Positions 23,814 to 37,826 are shown, counted from the first letter of the stretch. The stretch is 64,000 nucleotides of DNA from Kondoa subrosea (GCA_039545335.1 BCIN01000006.1:992001-1056000); one strand, 5' to 3'. Notes: generated by a model from the letters alone, not told the origin. A program made the numbers and translations.

Positions 23814-26800
23814 TTACAACCCAAATCTTCCTATCGCTCGCAAAGATCTCCTTCGTGCGGGTGGTTTGTAGACATAATCCGCCAAGGGAACAGCACCTTT
23901 GGTACGATATACTTGCAAACGATTTCCGTTACCACAGGTGGTTGTGCTATCTCCCGCACATGCCATTGAACATTCACCAGCATCCCTGGATAGAATCAAA
24001 TCAGATGCAAGATAAATAAAGCAAACACAACATACACCATTTGTGTCTCGATAGGATTGTTTGAAACCCAGCTAATATAGTTATATTGGCTACTTTGAGC
24101 CCATGAAGTAATCAAAGCTCTCACCATTCCGAACCCTTTGAAAGGCAAATCAGATGGAGCGCAGACTATTAGTTAGATGAGACTCACATATTCTAATCCA
24201 GCATATGTATATCCGGCCTTGGCTGCAGTTTCCAAGCACTTTCCAACAGTTCTGTTCCAAACCGTAGAATGATCAAAGTCATGTTATTGTAAAGCCTATC
24301 ACTTACAGAGTACTACCTCCGGTGATTTGCGTCTCCAAGACTCTAGCATTGACACTATCCACATAACATCCATCGTAAATGCTAATAATCAAAGTCAGTA
24401 CTTGGGTACATAAAAAAGAGATTGAATAGACTGACTAGTTTCCTACTTTTTTTTCTTGCTGTGGAGGTAAGATAGCTGTTGCTGTTGATGACTTGTACAC
24501 TTGTACTCTGTTGCCCGAACCACATAGGGTAGTTTTGTCGCCTGCACACAGCTGGAAAGAACAACATCGGTATACAAATTAGACTTGATGAATCGAATGT
24601 AATCTACCATGTTGCAATCTGTGTCCGGACTATGAACAGAAATTTCATCAGTACTTGGCTGATGTACTGTGTAGCATGGGATATTTACGCTTTGTTGCTG
24701 CTCAGTAATGTGTTAGAACCGTAGCATTCTGCATCCTCTCGTTAGAGAGTTGCTGCATATATTGCAAGAGAAGTCACCTGATCCATACTCTGAGCGCGAA
24801 GCGTTCATCAATAAAGGCGAGAGAAACAAGATAGCTTGAAACGACATACCGACACCACCATAAGCCAGACCAGCTGCTCGAGCGGCTTCCATGCAGGTAG
24901 CAACAGTATTTGTTCCCGTATTACCTAAACCTGTAGTCAAAGCTCTTCCACCCTAAGGAAACAAAGTCAATCAACCGAAAACTTGGACTGTAAAGCAAGT
25001 TAACTCACGTTAGGCTCAATATAGCAACCCTGATACTCGAATTCTTCATAGTATTGAACTCGAACAGGTGCTTCAACGGTTCCGACTGGTTGAGTAGGTC
25101 TTGGAGCAGCACTGCTTGTAGAGCTTGGGGGTCCTGTTGGTTTCTTGAATGGATTGGTCTTGCCCGCTTCAACGGTGTATATGGATAGTCTGGAATCACC
25201 GCCACATATCTCGTTGGGATCGCCCAAACACGGATTCTTGCATTCGCTTTCAGCTGCAACAGTCAGGAAAGCAAGTCCATCAGCCCATGAGCTGCAAATA
25301 GCACAGTCCTTGACATACGAGCTGATAATGTCCCTGTATTGAGTTTGTTGCCTCCCCAGCATTCTCTCTATACATACATGATTAGCCTGACCAATTGTAA
25401 TGAGTCTGGTGTGGCGTGCATTCCACTCAAGTCCACATATGCTGTATTGCTTTGCAGCACAATCTTCCAAGCAATCTACATCAGAGTAGTCAGTCTTGAA
25501 CGCAAAGATAAGAGATTCTCTACCTTCGATCGTCATATCCGAGCTCGAACCAACAGCTCGCAAAGCTCGTCCACCACTTGGCTCAGCATAGCATCCTCCG
25601 TATCCGTAGATGTAATTGATAGGATCAGCTGGAGCCGTCGCAGATGCAGATGCAGATGCAGAAGAAGGAGGAACATAAGCTGGAGGGTTTGGATCGAGAG
25701 AGAAAAGTGTAAGTCTTGCACTGCCTCCACAGATTTGCGTATTATTTCCGCTACACGACATGGTGCAGCCAGATCCGACTTGAACTGAAGAATCTGCTTT
25801 TTGGGATCCATAATAGCATTCTCTAATACAGAACTTGAGCATTGTGGTAAAACAAGAAAGCATTGATCTCACCCGCTCCACTCCATTCCGCAGTAGTATG
25901 CATTGTTTGCAGCACACGTAGCTAAACATTGCTCTTGTGTCAAGCCGGAAGAGACTGTCCGGTCTCCCAAAGCTCGTTCGCCATCGGTGAGATCAGAGTA
26001 GCAACCAGCTTGAGTATAAGAAGCTACGGTGAGGGGTGGACCATCATATGTTGCAGTAGCTGAAGGTGCCGCGCCCGAAGCCCCGCTTGACATGGGCTTC
26101 AAAGCGTAAGGGTTAGATTTGCCGGCAGTTAGAGTGTATACGGAATATTGACTGTTTGATCCACCACCTAACATACAGCAGTCAGTTGCAGCCATGCGGA
26201 GAGGTGAAAGTGAATTGACTAACACATTTCATCGCTTCGACCTTTGCAAGTCTTTGAACAGCTAGACTCTTGTGCTCGAAAGAAACCACTTGAACTTGCA
26301 CCTCCCCAGCACTAGAAGTCAATCAGTTTCGAAATCCTTTTTGAGCCTTTACTAACCTCATTACCGTATGTCATACCGCAGACTTCATAAGACAACGCAG
26401 CACAAAGCGTTAGGCAAGTTTCGACTGTCATGAGCGGAGAGCTAGTAATAGGTGAAAGTGTGCGAGTGTCTGGTGATTCTTCATACTAGACAAACTAGGG
26501 TAAGCTTTTTGAACATATAGGACAACAAAGCATACGCAGGCTTCATAACCATACATGTTTGCGGTGACTCGTGGTAAATTTTCAATGGCTGAAGAGACAG
26601 CAGATTGTATTGCAGATGCTTGAGACTGCAAACCTTGAAAGATCGTGGTATAAGGTATTTTCGCCCTGTAAGTCTTCTGTACGTCTTGCAGAAAGAGTCA
26701 GCAATTCCATTGATCAAGTCCGGTAGACACTCACTTCTTGTAGAAGTAGCAGTCAGCGTTTTGACTGGCAACCACAATGTTCGCGATAGTAGTCGATTCA

Positions 26801-27388
26801 GTATTCGAGTTTCTACTGCTGTTGTCGGAACGATACGAGGAATGACCACATGGGAAATCTTGAGCTTGGATTCCAAACATTGACATACTTCCATGACTTG
26901 ATTGCGATTCATTCCGTCAAATTCGTCTGGCAGTTGGCTTAATCGTTTGTCCACGGGGCCTTGATTGGTTCCACTTGGAGCTGCACTACTACTGCTTGGA
27001 ACGCCGCTCAAAGTAATAGTTTGGACAGGTGGAACGGAAGTTTGAATAATGTTCTTGAGTAGTAGTTTCATTTGCGTGACCCAGGGTTGCATGGTTCTTG
27101 TTGATGTCGAGTATGCTCCGACAGAAACAGTCCTTAAACTTAGTCAGTTGCGAAGTACTTCAATGCCTGCAGATGAACTGACCGAGTGACGCGAGTCGAA
27201 TAGATAGTTTGAGTCGAATAAGCTGGTAGGATTCGCAAGTAAGTTCTACAAAGAGTGCCAACATCATTGGGGATAGAAACTTCAGGCGACCAGGAGAGTC
27301 CGGCGAACCAGGCAGTACATGTTGGAGATTGTGCTGAGACGATCCATCCTTGGAGAAATAAGAGCAGGACAACTAATGGTATATGCAT
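23814..27388 (-). CDS. Secreted multi-WSC-domain protein (five WSC repeats)
   Basis: Signal peptide MHIPLVVLLLFLQGWIVSA; five units of Y-x-GCY...R-x-L...T-x-x-x-C...C...G-x-E/Y...EC...C...C-x-G...CG separated by Ser/Thr/Pro linkers. Confidence 0.85.
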
Positions 27389-28112
27389 AACGAGTGTGTT
27401 TTTATTGTATCTGCAATCTTGACAGGCTTGAGAATGACGAGTTCAGAGTAACGACAGTAGGATGATCGACATGAACCAAAGAACGACGAAGAATAAACCA
27501 AACGAAAGAAAAATGAAATTACTGAATGATCACCGGACAGGGAAAAAGCATGCGAAGCACAAGGTATCAACGCTAGCATTTGTTTTCAATCTGATATTCT
27601 CTTTGTCCATTATACTCAGCCGAGCGTTGAACTTCAGGATGCCGGAATTCGAGACGCGATGCCCATAATTCTTTGAAGCCCGGTACTTTCAAGGCTTAAC
27701 CGGCTCCTGGCATCAAAGCCTAATAGTATGACGCCTGCGGTAAAGCAGGAGAAAGTATGTAGAGGATAATCTTTGAATGCGACACACTTGCAAGAGGGCA
27801 GTAGAGATGAAACAAAACGATGCTATATAGCACAGCGTATGGTAGAGCGAAGTGGAAGCTGCTGCGTGTAATGCAGGCAGGCAGTAGCACATCAACAGTA
27901 ACTTCGAGTAATCGAGTTCTTCGCACCAGGACAAGCTTGTGTCGAACAATCATTGAGAATTAGTGCCACGGCCACAAGCGTCACAGATCCGACACACAGA
28001 CAGTGTAGACGGGATCGAGGCTGGCCAGAGGGGCGGGCTACAAGCGAGCAGGGCCTTCAAACACAAGATATCGCAAAGGGAATTGAGCAAAGGCCGAGAA
28101 TGAGGCAGATAG

Positions 28113-31086
28113 ATGGTCGAAGAGCAACACTGGTTCACGACACCAGATATCTCTTACGGTCATGCCCCTGTGCAGCAATTGCAAGCTCGTACCGGACAAA
28201 ATGGTCGAATATGCTTCGAGTGGATTTCCGCGCAAACTGCAAGTCATAGCAATGGTCAGTGCACTCAGCATATGTCATTACGCAAGCTAAAATCATACAG
28301 AAGCGCGATTAAAGCGGGTCAGCGATATTGTGAAAGTAGCTCCAGCTTCGATAGTCAATTATGAAGAGGTTGCGAGACCTACAGTAGCATCCAACAAAGC
28401 TCTACAAGTCACTGTGAGTATTGTCACATCAGCATATGATTTTCACTGACCCTCCATTTTAGTCACGATACTTTAAGCAACATTACTCACATGTTCAGCT
28501 ACCTCTGGACATACTCAGTCGAACTCTTAACGAAGATGCTCATATTTTGGCAAGCAGAAGAGATGCTTCTATGAGTAATCGCATCACAGCAATCGCATTT
28601 CCAACTCCTGGTGAACCGCATGCAGCTATAGCTTTTCCTGCAGGGTTCAACGCAGAATCACTGGGTGAGTTACAGTCTGGACCGCCAATGCTTTCGCTCA
28701 GTCTCTGATGTTCAGACTTTGCAATGTGCTCATTAAATAAACCTTATACCATTGAAGTCTCTGCCAAATCTCGCTTGAACTTTGATGCGCCTGTTTCACA
28801 AGTAGCGTCTTCTCGCTTGAGTAACGGTACAAGTCTGCTCGGTGTTCGAACGCTAGCTCAAATTCAACTTTATACACTTGACGCAACATTTCCTGCTCTA
28901 AAATTCTTTCGCCAAACTCCGCTTTTCAAGATCAATAGGTCAGATCTAGAAAATAGAGCTCCTTTGGATTTCTGCTTCAATCCTTTCAATGAGACGGAAA
29001 TACTTACGGTTACTGGAGAAGGAAAGCTATTTGTCACAAAGGAAGCGGGAACAGTCAAAGTAGGGCAGCCAGTGGACGAGATAAGGCAAGGGTCCTATGA
29101 AAAGCTCGCAAGAGTAGCTTATGGTGCAACGAGCACTAGCACAGTGCTGGCGATGGAAGATATCGTGATTCATTTGGACGAACGGGTAAGTCCGTCTTTA
29201 TTGGGAGTCATATTCCGGACTTAGACGTGACGCAGACTGCGAATGATAAGACAGAGCTCTATCGTATCAAGACAGATGTGGCTCATTTCCCTGTCATCAC
29301 TGATCTGCTCAAACCATTGTCAAGCTCATCTGCTGGTCACCATCACCTGATCTGCACTACGAAGCATGTCGCTGTTCTCGATCATCGCATGCCAGGTCAA
29401 GCAGTGCTGCAATGGCGCCATCACAGACAACGAGATCTGTCTTTACAAATATTGGAACTTCCATCAAGACCAGAGATAGGTCAATGGGCTGACGCGCAAA
29501 TTTAAAGACGCTTCTGATCTGTCTTTTATAGGTCGCCAAATTTTGCTCAGCTCATCTAACAATAGCCTCAAGACTGTCTACTCTTTCTCTGGAGATATTG
29601 CACCCCGTCAAATAGACTCACCTTACTCTCTACCTTGGAATGGCCAGGATAGTATCGGTCTAGCTTCAATAGCAACTCCAGATCGCAAAGTCCTACTCTT
29701 TGAAGCGGCTCAAAATGGATCTGTGCGAGGCGCAATGTATTCCACCACCTCAGATGCTGAAGAGCTAGAAGTCGAATGGGACAATGCGATAGAGGAGATG
29801 ACTGATGCGATATTGCCTCGATGCTCGGAAGGTGACAAAAGGGCTTTCATGCGTAAAAAGTTCAAGAAAAAGATGGAAGGTCAGCAATCTACTCGACCTT
29901 GCGAAAATCTTCTTCTCATCCTCTTGTGAAATTGACAGATCTCTTTGATTGCGGAGTCGCCGAAGAAGATATAAGCACTCTGCCTCTGCTGCAGATAAAC
30001 CACGTTAGCACTGAACATTTGCGAGCTGTGGAAGATGAAGACGATACGCCTGATCCTCGACGTATTCGAACTGCGCTCGAAGCGCTGAGTCTAGCTCATC
30101 CTCAAAAAGAAGATCTAGTGCAACGAAACTCTATCTTCTTTTCGCCTGCTAACCTGCAAGCTGGTCATTATCCTCTGGAAATCATGACGGAGGGTATACG
30201 GTCCCTTCAACTATGGCAAGACGTTCCTTGGCAACATCGCATATCTTCACCTAGTCGAGTCGATGTTCCAAGTCTCATCCCTGATGCAAGCGACGATCTT
30301 TCAAGTATGATCGACACAAGCAAGAAACTCGTCGCGCAGTTCAGCTCTAGCAATATGACTGAATTATCTACTCGTCGATTAACAGCTGCTTCAGATCAAG
30401 TTGTCCTGGACATGAATTTCAGCAGCCGGATCTTATCTTCTCATGCCCTGCGTACACCTCCTAGCGTGATGCAGCTCGATACACCTCAAGTTCTTGGGAC
30501 GTTCACCAAGCGTTTGGAAGACTATACAGCAATTGAACACAAGTTCTTCATTCCTACTCGGTATCAAGCTAGACCTGAAGAACGAAAGAAGGTCACTCGA
30601 GAGGAAGAAGAAGATATACCTGAAGACTTTGAAGTTGATAGCGATGCAGCTCGATTACTTCTTTCGGAATGGAATTTGGGTGGTGATCCCTTCAACTTTG
30701 ACTATCAGAATCCATATGCGGATGAAGTGGCTCCAGATTCAGAGCTATTTGATCCGTCTAAACCAAAAGTTGCACCGGCTCCTCAGGTAGCTCGATTTGG
30801 TGCAAATACGCAACCGCCAGCTATTGGATCAAGCAAGAGCGTTTCTTTCAGCCAACCGCCTGCTATTACTTCTTCTAGATCAACACGACCGCCAGAAATT
30901 GCAGCAAGTCAGCCTGTCAGACCTTCTTCCTTCTCTCAACCTCGTCCTTTTGCAGGCAGTCAACCCGCTGGCAATGAAATAGAAAGTCAATCTTCCCAGA
31001 TCGCTTTCACCCAAGTCATGCCTGGACAATATGGTGGACGACCTGGTGCAACAAAGAAGAAGAAGAAACGATTGGGAGGATTCTGA
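28113..31086 (+). CDS. RRN6: RNA polymerase I core factor Rrn6/TAF1C-like protein
   Basis: Beta-propeller-like N-half (LICTT..VLDHRMPG.AVLQWRHHR..DLSL), LLLSEWNLG.DP, C-terminal QVMPGQYGGRPG..KKKKKRLGGF as recalled for fungal Rrn6. Start uncertain. Confidence 0.6.
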
Positions 31087-31300
31087 TCTGATTGCTCGGT
31101 TACGTTGTGACGCGGGCAGTCCTGTTGGATGAACGTTGTAACACCATCGTGTACTATTGTCCTATGCAAAAACATATAACTACAACACACGCGATATGAT
31201 GTTCCCATTCTGAAGCTGCTCAATTTATTTCTTGAGTTGTCGGCGATGATATAAACAGTGAAGCTCAAATGCTCAGATCTATACCGAAGCCCTGTCATAT

Positions 31301-33111
31301 ATGAGGTACAATACCGTCATGTATCTGCGTGCCCTCTCGCGGTTTGCTGATCTGCCTTAATGTCAGTCTCCCGACAGAACTTGGTACTTGCATATTGAAA
31401 GCTCTGGCTGAACTTTGGCTGATGTTGTATCGCTCCAGACGAATGGATTCTAGCCCATGTATGTTCAACCGAATTGTTCTGCTGTCCTAGTAGAAGTCGT
31501 CAGCTCATTCTTATCGATTGGTAGCGAATGACAGTAGCGGCAGCTGGAAGGCATGTTTTCCGCGCTCAAGTGTCTCGCTAGCTTTATCTGACCCATCGTC
31601 AATAGTTCGGCCATTTCCACAGTAGCTGGGTAAACTCATGGACATCTGCTGCTCAATCAAGTAGCCTAATCCCCTATATAGCTTTCCATTAGACAGTGTT
31701 AAGAGCAGACTGCAAGTCAAGAGGTATAGTAGCGTCTTGGATTGCGTGCAAAAGACATTCCACGATGAAGGAATCAAAGGTCAGATCTTTGAAGCAAAGG
31801 AAATAAATGCAATTAAAGTCCCTCTTTTTAGGCTTCATGAGAGGGATCTGGGTTCCGTACGTTTCTTGCCACTGTCGCGGGTATTCTCCAAATGACAATT
31901 TATAAAGGTTGGGAACTATCACGATTGTTCGAACGCTCTCGTTCTCAATCTATTCTGGGACGAAGGAAAGACTGAAGCGATATATTGAGGGTCAACCGAG
32001 TAAAGCTCAAATAGCTGGGCTTGGCTTTGCGGGAGGTGCAACGAGCGGAATCCTCAGTATGGTTTATCTTTTCGTCATCGCTACATGGAAATGACTTGCT
32101 TTTTAGTCAGTACTGGATCATGCGCTTTCGAATTAGTCAAAGTAAGAGCTCAGCTGGAATTCCTTATAGCGTGAGTTGATTGTACATCTGCCGCTGAAAC
32201 AGCTGATCATTCACATGTTGCAGATCGAGAACGGGTCAACCGTATGAGCCTAAAGGCACCGTCAAGGGAGCTATAGCGATATATCGACAAGCAGGCATAC
32301 GTGGTCTTTACTATGGTCTTCCCCTCCATACAATGCGAGATACTCTTGGCACCGGTTTCTAGTCAGTCAACATCATATGATGTGTGTGCAATGCTGATTA
32401 AGGTGTAGTTTCGCTATATATGACTCTCTTCGACAAGCTGTTGAGCGGAATTACTCCGATCGACTGCCTTTTGGCTTACCCATCGGTTTGGCTCCTTTTG
32501 CTTGCGGATCTTTGAGTGGTATAGCGTCATGGGTTATTAGTGAGTCATTACATTGACTACCCATTGTGCGATAGCTAATCTGTGTCTAAAGTTTATCCTG
32601 TAGATTTAGTTAAGACCAGAGTCCAGCGAGATGCGCTGGAAGGAGTGGTAGGTCGTTTAGCTCTTTTCGGAGATCTTTCTCTTATCCAGAACTAGCATCC
32701 GCGGATGTCTGCTTGGAGTGTAGGTCTCATGTGTTGCGGTGGGTCATGAAATGCTGATTCGTCACATTGAAACCCAGGTCTTCCGATCGTTATCTGCTCG
32801 GGGTATTACAAGGTTGTATAGAGGGCTAGGAGTGTCGGCGTTCAGAAGTTGTTTTACGCATGTGAGTCTCTACCAACAAGGATTGTTCTCGTCGAACAAT
32901 AGCTAATTTTTCGATTTAGGGTTTGCAATGTAAGTGATCTTGATCATTAGCCAATGGCCTCAGCTTATTTTCGATGACCAGGGTATTGCCTAGAGAAGGT
33001 AAGGCTGTCTTCCCCCTCACGCAGCTCTTGCTCAACTTGACTTTGCCTGATCAGTTTTCTACCGCTATTGTCGCTCGAAGTCAGCGTAAAGGGATAGCGA
33101 CGCCTGCTTAA
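31301..33111 (+). CDS. Mitochondrial carrier family protein (three carrier repeats, many small exons)
   Basis: Carrier signatures GFPLDSVKSRLQ, AFELVKVRAQLE, YPVDLVKTRVQ; GIRGLYYG, LYRGLGVSAFRS. Almost invisible in the ORF track because of intron density. Start uncertain. Confidence 0.85.
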
Positions 33112-33194
33112 TGTAGAATTGTCAATGTAGATTCACCTTTTACAGCAATCTAGATTGCCCCTTTCTTTGCTTTATGTAGACTTTCCTTTCCAAG

Positions 33195-35139
33195 ATGGCA
33201 TTTTTTTCAACCTACAACGACGATTTTGTAGGACCGCACAGTCCCTCTTCGAGAAATCAACAGAGCAGAATGGGTGAGCTGCTCTTATCAATTACCAGCA
33301 AGACACTACTAATACAAATGTGTGCAAAGGAAAACGACTGCCACCTGAACATGCAACCGCTCGTCGAGTCAAATGCAGACAAATCTTGTCTGAAGAGATT
33401 GAAAGGCGTGAAGCTATTCTGGAAGAAGCAAAGAAGCGAGAGCTAAGTAAGTCTCTAATCATTCCATGGGATTCAATCACTTATGCCGCATTCCTAATCA
33501 GCCGACGAACAGCGCAAGCAAGGTCATGAAGCTTTCCAAGCTATGGTATCTGAATGCAACAGTGGTGGTAGTCAAAACACTCATGCTTCCGTCGTCAATC
33601 GCTACGTCGGTTATTGTCAAACGAACAGTCTTCCTCCTTTTCCTATGGTTCCTGATGTTCTCGCTCTCTTCTTTCATGATGAAATGGGTAACTTGGCCAA
33701 TTGGGATCCCACTCTTTCCATTCTGAACAAAATGCGTGCTCGAATCGAACCGCAATGGGACGAGGAATACCCAGAAATCGCAATCTCGTACAAAGACGAT
33801 GAATCGATCCTTTCCAAGTTGTTCAGAGCTGGTAAAGAAGAAGTCAAGCCCAAGAAAGCAAAGAAGGGCAAGGGCAAAGCTAAAGCTGGTGAAGAAGAGG
33901 ATGAACTGGCTGAAGATAGTCAACCGCAAGTCGAAGAAGACACTTTGATTGATGGCCCAGAAGCAAGTCCAGCTCCTAAAACCAAGGCTGAATTTCCAAA
34001 AGTTGAGAAAACATCTTTGGAAGCTCTTCTCGCCCATCGAGCTCATTACATGGATGCGATCAAGACGATCAAAACCAGTAAGTTTTAAGCTAGCTTGACA
34101 GAGCACTGCTAATACTGTTGCCTTAGCCGATGTTGAAGATACCAAAGCTATCAAAGTCTGCGAAGCTTACATCAAGACTCTAGAATCAGACAAAGGTCGT
34201 AAAGCTCATCACAACTACTTGAAACGCTTCCGCGAGTGGTGCAAGAAAGTGGAAACTCCAGTCTTTCCTATTCATCCTGCTGCTCTTGCCCTCTTCCTCG
34301 CTGATAAGTGCATGAAATTCGATTGGTACACCATCTGCCTTTATTTCGAGCATTTCAGAAAAGAAACCCTTCCTCTTTTCACCAACGAACATCCTTGGGT
34401 AACGACTGGTTTAAGAGAAGATGTTACACTGGCAGCTTTCCTAGCAGCACCTCGACCTCCTTTGGCTGTTCGGCGTCGACCTGGCCAACCATCCAAGAAG
34501 GACATTGTGCCTGGAAGCGATGCTGTCGTTGCAAAAGAGAAGTTGGAACCTTTACCAATCACTTTCACCAGCATTGCCCATCTTCTTACCAAAGCCATCG
34601 TCTCCGATCTGGCTGTCGTTTTCGGTCGCGATGAAGTCAAACCTCAACTTGGTCGACAGAACATCATCAAGAAATGCTCTCAAACTTTAGAAACTAATGA
34701 AGCCATTCGTACGCAATTGGAACAGCAAGTCAATACTCGTTTATTAGCTGCTCGAGCTAAATTTTTGGCTGAGAAACCTCCTGAAATTTACAACAATGGT
34801 GCTTCACCAATGGAAGATGGTGCAACTGATCCTTCTATCGAGTTGCAACGTCAATTAGCTGCAGCTGTTGCCAACAGTGCAGCTTCAGGTACTTCTTCGA
34901 CTACGGATTTCAATATTCCTTTACCGCCTCTCCCTCCTTCGAACCATACACCAGATTATTTGGACCCTTCTTTGTTCGGTAGCAACAATTATGAAGCACC
35001 ACCTTCTTTTCCGAATTATGATGATGGTGTTTTTGCTGAAATGTTGGGCCATAACAAGCGAGCGAGGGAAGAAGAGATTCAAGTTGAAGGAGAAGGTCAA
35101 GGAGAAGAAGAACCTGCTGAGAAGCGTCAGAAAGTATGA
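33195..35139 (+). CDS. Hypothetical protein with two duplicated domains resembling the SAM-like core-binding domain of tyrosine recombinases
   Basis: Repeats NRYVGYCQTNSLPPFPMVPDVLALFF and KRFREWCKKVETPVFPIHPAALALFL; basic NLS-like patches (PKKAKKGK, EKRQKV). Confidence 0.6.
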
Positions 35140-35232
35140 AGGGGAGAAGATCACGAGCGGCAGCCACAGAGATTGTAATATAGCATGCACTAACCTTTTG
35201 GAAATAAAACACACAAAGCTTGTTTTCATGGC

Positions 35233-36123
35233 ATGAATGATGGTTTCATTTACCAGAAGCGCAAGGTTTCCAGACGGCCAGTTGAAAAGCCATCGATACA
35301 GCAACAGCTAGAGAAGCGTCGATCTCACCTGAATTCACTTGATTTCCTAACACAATTTCGAGGTGAGTTCCTGCTCATGCAAGGCAAAGCGCCTGCTGAT
35401 TATATTAGAGCTATGGCAAGGTATCTTTCAGTCTCACTCTATTAGCAAACCTGCAGCTATTCTTGTGAGTTCATGGGCGAGTGCTCGAAACCTCGCTGAG
35501 AAAGTGATAAAGTGTCTTGGACTCGGGAACCTTTCTATCTGGCGATCAAGAGATCAGTTTCTGCTACTGCAACTATGTGTTGAGCTCTGCGAAGTACAAT
35601 CATCTTCTCTTATCTTGAAGAATGCTGATAAATGATATAGCTCGACGCTAATTCTGTCACACTCTGCGATCCAGCTTTCGAAGAAGAAGATCTGGCTTTC
35701 TTCAAAGAATGCGGCTACAATTCATCTTCTGATGCTACTGTATGTCCCTTCGCTAAGTATTGACGGCAAGACTCAATATCGTCTCTGCAGTCTATGAATC
35801 TGCTGGTCGAGCGATCCACACTCTTCTACATGCCTCTTTGCCCTCGTAGTCTATATGAGCAAGTGTTGAGCGAAAACGCAACCAATCTATCGAATGTTAT
35901 TATGCTCGGTAATGATTTGACATCATACTCAGATAGGTTAGATCCTTTTCCATGTCTACTGTCTCAGTGCTCACTCCTTCTCAGCATCATGCGAATGGAA
36001 GAACGAGAACGTATACCTAGTATCCTCAAATTGGCGAGTTCGTTCGAGAAGATGGCTCTCCCGCTTTCGGATAGAACAGATGAAGCGTTTCCTGGTTTGG
36101 TGATACAATGGATAAAAGGATAG
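35233..36123 (+). CDS. SRR1 (sensitivity to red light reduced / Ber1) domain protein
   Basis: CLGLGN, RDQFLLL, CDPAFEEED, TLFYMPLCPRSLYEQVL, IMLGNDL. Confidence 0.8.
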
Positions 36124-36175
36124 GAGTTGCAAGAACCTGCTTGCATTGTAAAAATATGTATGAAATTGTACCGTT

Positions 36176-37299
36176 CTACGCCATTGATGCTCTTACTTCT
36201 TTATCCTGCTGATACTTCTGAACTGCATCCGCGCATGTGAAGACAATGGCAGGTATACATTGGGACCCTAAAGAGGCTAGGTAAGGAGTTGCTATATTCC
36301 AATCTGGTGCAGAGGGATCGAAGGAAGCCGAGACAAATGGTAAAGAGTTGGATTTCTCGGTGCTGAAGGCCAGCAGCGCTAATGCAGCAACGATGGTCAG
36401 TAGCTTCGGACTTCTGTTGTTTTAGAAACTTACGGATGGTTGCCAACGTCGCGCTGATTGCAATCACTCCGACCATAGTCAAAGCGATCGCAAGGAGTTT
36501 CATAAGACTGACAAATTTGGCGAAAGGGTACGAGACAAAGACATTTCCAACGGCTCCTAGTGTTGGTTTATCGGTCTGGTGTGGATCCATAGATGCTTGT
36601 ATTTCCGGTAGCTTGCGTGCACGGAATTGAAAGAAGAGAGAAACCAGCAGAAGCAACAGCGCGATGGAAAGCAGACCAGCTGCTCCGATGAGACCCTTTT
36701 CTATTTGGCCTAGTCTCAACTGCGCTACATCCCAGACGCTGAACAATCGAGCTTAGCAGCGAAGCATGCACCGAAAGCAAAAAGACGAACTTAGTCTTGA
36801 ATAGATCTGGCCAGTCATCACCGCCATCCAGTTTGATTTCACCCATTGCTATGCTGAACTTCCAAGAATTCTCTTCAGGAACATTCAAAGTTGGAATGAG
36901 GCCTCGGGCAAGCAATTTTCTCCCAAAGATGCCACCTATCTTTCCGCCAATATCTTGAACGCCATTGCTCACAGTATTTGCAGCATCCTCTGCTCCGTCA
37001 GCTACTTGATTGACCGTGCTTGTAACACTGTTGGTGGTATCGATGAGCTTCTTTATTCCGTCATCTAGATTCCATTGGAGAGTGCCTGAGGACATAGTCG
37101 ACTTAGACTTGATCGTCAGACCCAGGATTAGACAGCCTAGAGCTATAGCAGTAAAGAAAGCGTCTACTCCGGTCGAGATGAGATCATATTGTAGGCTGTG
37201 CAGACGTCTTGTTTGATCAGGCGCATCATCCTCAAAGACGCTCGCTTGCTCCTTCTCGCTACCAGCATATTTCTCTCGGATCGCATTGAATCTGTCCAT
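36176..37299 (-). CDS. Hypothetical multi-pass membrane protein
   Basis: ATG MDRFNAIREK; several hydrophobic segments (AFFTAIALGCLILGL, GLLSIALLLLLVSLFF, LLAIALTMVGVIAISA). 3' end uncertain. Confidence 0.55.
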
Positions 37300-37826
37300 C
37301 GGAGAATTGAAGTTGAAATAGACTCGGAAGAAAGCGAGTGATATTAAAGAACAAGAAGAAAAGAAGAGAAAACGAGACCAGCTCTTATGGAGAAATGTAG
37401 ATGAAAGTCGTCGTATAAATTGAGATGATAAGACAGATTGCAAGGGGATTATCATCAGAGGCGAAGTATTCCCTCGCCTCTCAGAGAAGACGATGATTTT
37501 GGCAGAGTCTTAAACCTTCAGTGCCAGCAAATGCAACAAGGACTTTACGGAACTCTGTAGTCCGACCTCTTGGGCACAAAACAGAAATGAAGGAAGGAAA
37601 AGCCCGAAAACTCAATGATCTCTTTTTGATTGCCTTCTTCTATTGGTCGATCCTCCTGTCGACCATATAATACTCGTGTTGCTCATGACTGTAGAAATGT
37701 CTCTGATATTGTAATGCCCCGCTTGCCGGTATCGGAATTGAAGTTATGAAATTTTGTCAGCCAAGCATTTGATCATCGAAGGCATGCGGGATTTGTTTGC
37801 TCTTGTTCCTTCTCAGCGCGAAGACC

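Noticed and set aside
25640..25662. (GCAGAT)n short tandem repeat
   Set aside because: Encodes the Ser-Ala linker of the WSC protein; an ordinary coding microsatellite.
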